From positions 39,342-103,341 of the forward strand of contig JAZQCN010000095.1 of the NCBI GenBank assembly GCA_045546315.1: DNA of 64,000 nucleotides. The letters run 5' to 3'. Source of the stretch: Clostridia bacterium. GTDB lineage: Bacteria > Bacillota > Clostridia > UBA1381 > UMGS1253. Positions 59,750-64,000 of this stretch are shown here, one piece after another. Numbering within the stretch: position 1 is the stretch's first letter; every line of letters begins with the position of its first letter. The position numbers were made by a program, and so were the translations under genes. Under the pieces are notes generated by a model. It saw only the letters and a program-made list of their open reading frames with translations. It did not search any database and was not told the origin of the DNA.

Positions 59750-60310
59750 GTGATGCGCATGAAATTTTATAAAGCAATTACAATTACTGCAATTCTGTTT
59801 CCGCTGCTCTGGGGCATAGGCTGCCTGCTGCTCAGGCACAAAGATGCGGCAGTCACCTCATTTCTAACCTCCGGCATTATAGCGCTGTTTTCTTTGCTGC
59901 ATAAAAAGTTTCCGCTACTTAGCCCCATAACCTTCTGTGCAATAATTTTGTTTGTGCTATTTTCCCACTTTGCAGGCAAGGCGCTGCACTTTTACAGCTT
60001 CATTCCGCATTGGGATAAGATATTGCATCTGCTGTCCGGCTTTTTACTCTACAGCATCGGCAAACAACTCGGTACACGGCTGCAAAAGAGCAACTTGCAA
60101 TGCGTGCTGCTTTTGGTTTTCGCATTTTTGTTTTCCGTAGCCGGTGCCGGCATCTGGGAGCTATACGAATTTGCAGGCGATACGCTGTTTGGCCTGCACG
60201 CGCAAAATAATTCCCTGTCAGATACGATGCTGGATATGCTTTTTGGCAGCATCGGTGCAATTTTAATGCTGGCTATAAATTTTTGGCAATATAAAAATCC
60301 CATTCGTTAG
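59750..60310 (+). CDS. Membrane protein, DUF2238/VanZ-like
   Basis: FYSFIPHWDKILHLLSG, IWELYEF, DTMLDM. Confidence 0.75.
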   Translation: MMRMKFYKAITITAILFPLLWGIGCLLLRHKDAAVTSFLTSGIIALFSLLHKKFPLLSPITFCAIILFVLFSHFAGKALHFYSFIPHWDKILHLLSGFLLYSIGKQLGTRLQKSNLQCVLLLVFAFLFSVAGAGIWELYEFAGDTLFGLHAQNNSLSDTMLDMLFGSIGAILMLAINFWQYKNPIR

Positions 60311-60322
60311 AATGGGATTTTT

Positions 60323-60901
60323 TTAGCCAATGTCTTTTAATTCGCGGATATCCATCGGCGCATCGTCATAGGTTTCAATGTATTTCAGCATCTCCTCTGC
60401 ATCGGTAAACACCTCAAACAGCTCCATACTCTTCGGGCGCATAAACTTGCCGTCAACCGTTTTTTGCAGCAGCTCCAGCATCACATCATAATAGCCGTTA
60501 ACATTGTAGATTGCAATCGGCTTGTTGTGACGCTCCAGCTGTTTCAGTGTCAGAATTTCAAAAAACTCATCATAAGTACCAATGCCGCCCGGCGCGATGA
60601 TAAACGCGGCAGCGCGCTCCTCTAAAATCTTTTTTCTTTCGCGCATCGTTTCCGTATACACAAACTCCGTACAATGCTCGTAAAGCACACCGTCGACGGT
60701 GAAAAATGTCGGCGCAATGCCGATAATCTCGCCGCCCGCGTCATGCATACCGCGTGCCGCAGCGCCCATAACGCCGTTGCCGCCGCCACCGTAGACCAAG
60801 GTATGCCCGCGCTGTGCCATGCAAACCGCCAAATCATAGGCCGTATCTAAATATACCTTATCAATGCTGTTGCTCGATGCTCCGTAAACACAAATATTCA
60901 T
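60323..60901 (-). CDS. LOG family protein (TIGR00730)
   Basis: LVYGGG..GVMG, MRERK, PGGIGTYDE. Confidence 0.92.
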   Translation of the reverse strand: MNICVYGASSNSIDKVYLDTAYDLAVCMAQRGHTLVYGGGGNGVMGAAARGMHDAGGEIIGIAPTFFTVDGVLYEHCTEFVYTETMRERKKILEERAAAFIIAPGGIGTYDEFFEILTLKQLERHNKPIAIYNVNGYYDVMLELLQKTVDGKFMRPKSMELFEVFTDAEEMLKYIETYDDAPMDIRELKDIG

Positions 60902-61014
60902 AATTTCCCTCCTTGTCGCGTCCTTTACACTGATGTAATTATATCATTTTTTATAAGTAAATATGCCTAACCATACCACACGCATACGAACTCGCCTGTA
61001 AGGGCGCGTTATGC

Positions 61015-61761
61015 CTATGCATCCTCACGCTGATACATTGTGCTTTCCTGCGCGGCGCAGAAACCGTCTGCATCCCTGAAGATAATTTCAAACAGCATAT
61101 CCGCAAACAAATGATGCATTTCCCTCGTCGGGTGATTGATGCCGTTGGCAAGCAGCTTCGTTGTGTCCTGCGTTTTGCTCATTTCCTTCCAAGCCGCATA
61201 GCAGTCGCAAACCTCCACCTGCATTTCCTTTGCAAGCTTAACGGCGGCTTCCATATACAAATCCATTTTGCCCTCGTTTTGACAGCGCGCGGTCTTTTCA
61301 GCATAGAGAACATGCTCCGGTGCAGTATCTGCCGTAACATAGGTGTTAAGCATATTCGGTGTCATAAAAATCACTTCTGCGCCGCTTGCAATACATTTTT
61401 CAAAAATCGTTTTCAGCGACTCTAAATAATCCTCTAACGGATTATTCACATCATTTAAGCCAAAGCAAACAATAACCAAATCCGGCAAGTGGGTAAGAAC
61501 ATGTTTTTCCAGGCGTTCCACACCTTTTTTTGCAGTTGTCCCGCCAATACCCGCATTGATGACATTGACCGGCATATAATCGCGCACAGCAAGAATCTTC
61601 TTTCTGAGCAAATTCCAATAAGCAGCCTCATAATCCAGCTCGCCGATACGAAATGCGCCGTGTGTCACGCTGTCGCCAAAGGCAACAATCGTAATCGGGC
61701 CTTCCGACAGAAGTCCGTTTTTGTTCAAATTGATTTTTTCACAAATACGCATAATTTTCAC
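61015..61761 (-). CDS. SGNH/GDSL hydrolase
   Basis: FGDSVTHG, NAGIGG, FGLND, NGINHP. Confidence 0.88.
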   Translation of the reverse strand: MKIMRICEKINLNKNGLLSEGPITIVAFGDSVTHGAFRIGELDYEAAYWNLLRKKILAVRDYMPVNVINAGIGGTTAKKGVERLEKHVLTHLPDLVIVCFGLNDVNNPLEDYLESLKTIFEKCIASGAEVIFMTPNMLNTYVTADTAPEHVLYAEKTARCQNEGKMDLYMEAAVKLAKEMQVEVCDCYAAWKEMSKTQDTTKLLANGINHPTREMHHLFADMLFEIIFRDADGFCAAQESTMYQREDA

Positions 61762-61889
61762 CTCTTTGTTTTATTATAACAAAAATGCCCTTAACACGCA
61801 ACAAAAATGCACATATAAATTTTTTTAATAACGCATAATTCATTCAATATTGCAGAAAATAATCAAAACTGAAATTGGAGGTAAACAAA

Positions 61890-62552
61890 ATGTTTAAGCA
61901 TGAAAAACAACTTTTTCGCCCTGTAGAAATTGAAAGACCGAATCCGCAGTATGCCGCACTGCTTCAAGAGCAGCTCGGCGGCGGTAACGGTGAGCTGAAG
62001 GCTGCAATGCAGTATATGTCCCAAAGCTTTCGCATTAAAGACCCGGAAATCAAGGACTTATTTCTCGACATTGCCGCCGAAGAGCTCGGGCATATGGAAA
62101 TGATTGCGCAAACGATAAATCTGTTAAACGGACACGAGGTAGATGCCTCGCAGGTGCCGGCAGGTGAGATTCAAACCCATGTGATTTTAGGCCTGAACCC
62201 CGGGCTTATAAATGCCTCAGGCTACTCCTGGACGGCAGATTATGTTACGGTGACCGGAGATTTATGTGCCGATTTATTAAGCAACATTGCATCTGAGCAG
62301 CGCGCAAAGGTCGTTTATGAGTACCTGTATCGCCAAATAGAGGACAAAAAAGTGAAAGAAACGATTGATTTTCTCCTGAATCGCGAGGAAGCGCACAACC
62401 AAATGTTCCGCGATGCTTTTAATAAGGTGCAAAATACCGGCTCGAACAGAGATTTCGGCACAACAAAGGCCGCAAGAATGTATTTTTCAATGTCCGACCC
62501 GGGAGAAAATGCCTTTGCCAATCACCAAACAACACCCCCGTCGTTTAATTGA
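61890..62552 (+). CDS. Manganese catalase family protein
   Basis: EQLGGGNGELKA, DIAAEELGHMEM, NIASEQRAK, REEAH. Confidence 0.92.
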   Translation: MFKHEKQLFRPVEIERPNPQYAALLQEQLGGGNGELKAAMQYMSQSFRIKDPEIKDLFLDIAAEELGHMEMIAQTINLLNGHEVDASQVPAGEIQTHVILGLNPGLINASGYSWTADYVTVTGDLCADLLSNIASEQRAKVVYEYLYRQIEDKKVKETIDFLLNREEAHNQMFRDAFNKVQNTGSNRDFGTTKAARMYFSMSDPGENAFANHQTTPPSFN

Positions 62553-62580
62553 TAACGGCCAAGCTTCAGATAAATAATAT

Positions 62581-62624
62581 AAAAAGAAACGACAATTTTT
62601 CTCGTAAAAATTGTCGTTTCTTTT
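62581..62624. terminator. Strong bidirectional terminator at the island boundary
   Basis: AAAAAGAAACGACAATTTTT...AAAAATTGTCGTTTCTTTTT. Confidence 0.8.
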
Positions 62625-62689
62625 TGGAAGCGCTGAACGGTTTAGATGCAAGTTTTGTAATATTATTAGTGTCGGATTTAATTTATTTT

Positions 62690-63454
62690 TTAACTTTTTT
62701 GTTCTCTAAAAATGTAAAAACCAAATATACTAGCTAAAAAAAGTATCACACTAATCCATTGCGATGTAGAGAAAATCAAAAATCCGCCACGAATCAAATC
62801 ACCACGAAAAAATTCAAGCATAAATCGCAATATAGGATAAAAAAGCAAATAAACACAAAGAATATGATAGGTATTGCGTTTCTTTTGTACGTACCATAAA
62901 AGAAATAGAAATATTCCCAAATTCAAAAGTGCCTCGACCAACTGAATGGGAAAATATGTTTTTTCTGGGGAAACAAGAAAATTTCTTACCGCTAAAGGGC
63001 CGGTATATTCAAACCCGTGGCAACATCCGGCAAAAAGGCAACCAATTCTACCAACAGCGTGCCCCAAAGGAAGAAAGGGAATAATGCATTGCTCAACATC
63101 CCTTACATCAAGTTGCTGCCATCGTAAAGCTATAATTGCACCAATGACACCCCCAAAAAGTCCCCCATAAAAAACCAAACCTCCATTTTTGAGAAAGGAA
63201 AAATTTCCGTTAACAACACTGTTAATTAGTTCTTTTATTGAATATGAAACAAAAATATATAACAATCCAGCGCAAAAAAGAGCCATTCCCAATGATATAG
63301 ACATTACAATAATTATTTCTTCTTTCCCAATTCCTATATGTTGTGCTTTTAGCAAAATCAAAAACCCACACAGTAAAACTCCTATGGCCATCATTAAACC
63401 ATAAGATGGGATACAAAGATTACCAAAATATATATATTGACACAAAATAATCAC
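62690..63454 (-). CDS. Prolipoprotein diacylglyceryl transferase (Lgt)-like protein, AT-rich
   Basis: SYGLM, GGLVFYGG, GRIGCLFAGCCHG, PIQLVE, RFMLEFFRGD, SQWIS. Confidence 0.85.
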   Translation of the reverse strand: MIILCQYIYFGNLCIPSYGLMMAIGVLLCGFLILLKAQHIGIGKEEIIIVMSISLGMALFCAGLLYIFVSYSIKELINSVVNGNFSFLKNGGLVFYGGLFGGVIGAIIALRWQQLDVRDVEQCIIPFLPLGHAVGRIGCLFAGCCHGFEYTGPLAVRNFLVSPEKTYFPIQLVEALLNLGIFLFLLWYVQKKRNTYHILCVYLLFYPILRFMLEFFRGDLIRGGFLIFSTSQWISVILFLASIFGFYIFREQKS

Positions 63455-63493
63455 CTACGATAAAAACCGCCCTGTTACCAAGGCGGTTTTAGA

Positions 63494-63745
63494 TTACGCG
63501 AGACTCGCAAGTCCCCCAATGCAAGCAGCACATGCCAACCACATAATTAGACCTAATGCTACCGAAATGATAGACATAACCATACCTGCAGTTGCCATGC
63601 CCTTCTTCTCAAGATTTTTGCGACCTAATGCACCAAGAATTGTGCCAACAATCCCTAACAAGCAAGAAAGCCACCCTAAACCGATAAAAGGAAATGCTAA
63701 AGAACAAATTCCCAATACCAAAGAAGCTACAGCCATAATTTTCAC
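63494..63745 (-). CDS. Small membrane protein (DUF4190-like)
   Basis: MAVASLVLGICS...GIVGTILG...GMATAGMVMSII. Confidence 0.75.
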   Translation of the reverse strand: MKIMAVASLVLGICSLAFPFIGLGWLSCLLGIVGTILGALGRKNLEKKGMATAGMVMSIISVALGLIMWLACAACIGGLASLA

Positions 63746-63845
63746 CCCCTCTTAATTTGACATCTTGTGAATGTCATATTTTGTTCTATTATAGCATATA
63801 ATTTTATTATTGACAAGCACTAAATGTCAAAAAGAGGAGTTTTTT

Positions 63846-64000
63846 ATGTTTATAAACAAAAGCAAAGACGGACTAAATAATATTTGTGGTAAAAATATAA
63901 CAATTTTAAGAAAAAACTTAAATATATCTCAAAGAATTTTAGCGGATAAATTGCAGTTATCCGGACTTGATGTAGACAAAAATGCAATCCAACGAATTGA
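63846..64000 (+). CDS. XRE family HTH regulator, cut by the window edge
   Basis: Manual translation MFINKSKDGLNNICGKNITILRKNLNISQRILADKLQLSGLDVDKNAIQRI; GAGGAG RBS. Confidence 0.85.
   Translation, partial: MFINKSKDGLNNICGKNITILRKNLNISQRILADKLQLSGLDVDKNAIQRI

Overview
A 64-kb chromosomal segment from a spore-forming Clostridia-type bacterium (spoVT, spoIIID with a sigmaE-type promoter, Mn-catalase). It is mostly housekeeping, transport and carbohydrate/ester-scavenging genes: ABC and MATE exporters, rlmD, purC, tRNA-fMet, the rpmH-rnpA-yidD-yidC-jag-mnmE cluster, OPT/PepD, five SGNH hydrolases and a DegT/Gfo-Idh/Ntn/HAD cluster. An AT-rich island begins at about 62.6 kb. The best candidate for an undescribed system is a self-contained two-gene unit at 9790-14213, with a perfect sigmaA promoter and its own terminator. 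Gene 1 encodes a 1163-aa protein whose motifs follow the SAMD9/SAMD9L-type STAND layout (SIR2-like, P-loop NTPase, helical repeats, C-terminal OB fold) but which has no room for an N-terminal nuclease effector. Gene 2 is translationally coupled and encodes a 269-aa helical protein with a HEPN-like RxxxxH motif. I infer a split sensor/effector antiviral system; this is untested. No CRISPR array, transposase or integrase was seen. All calls are by eye from motifs; no searches were run.
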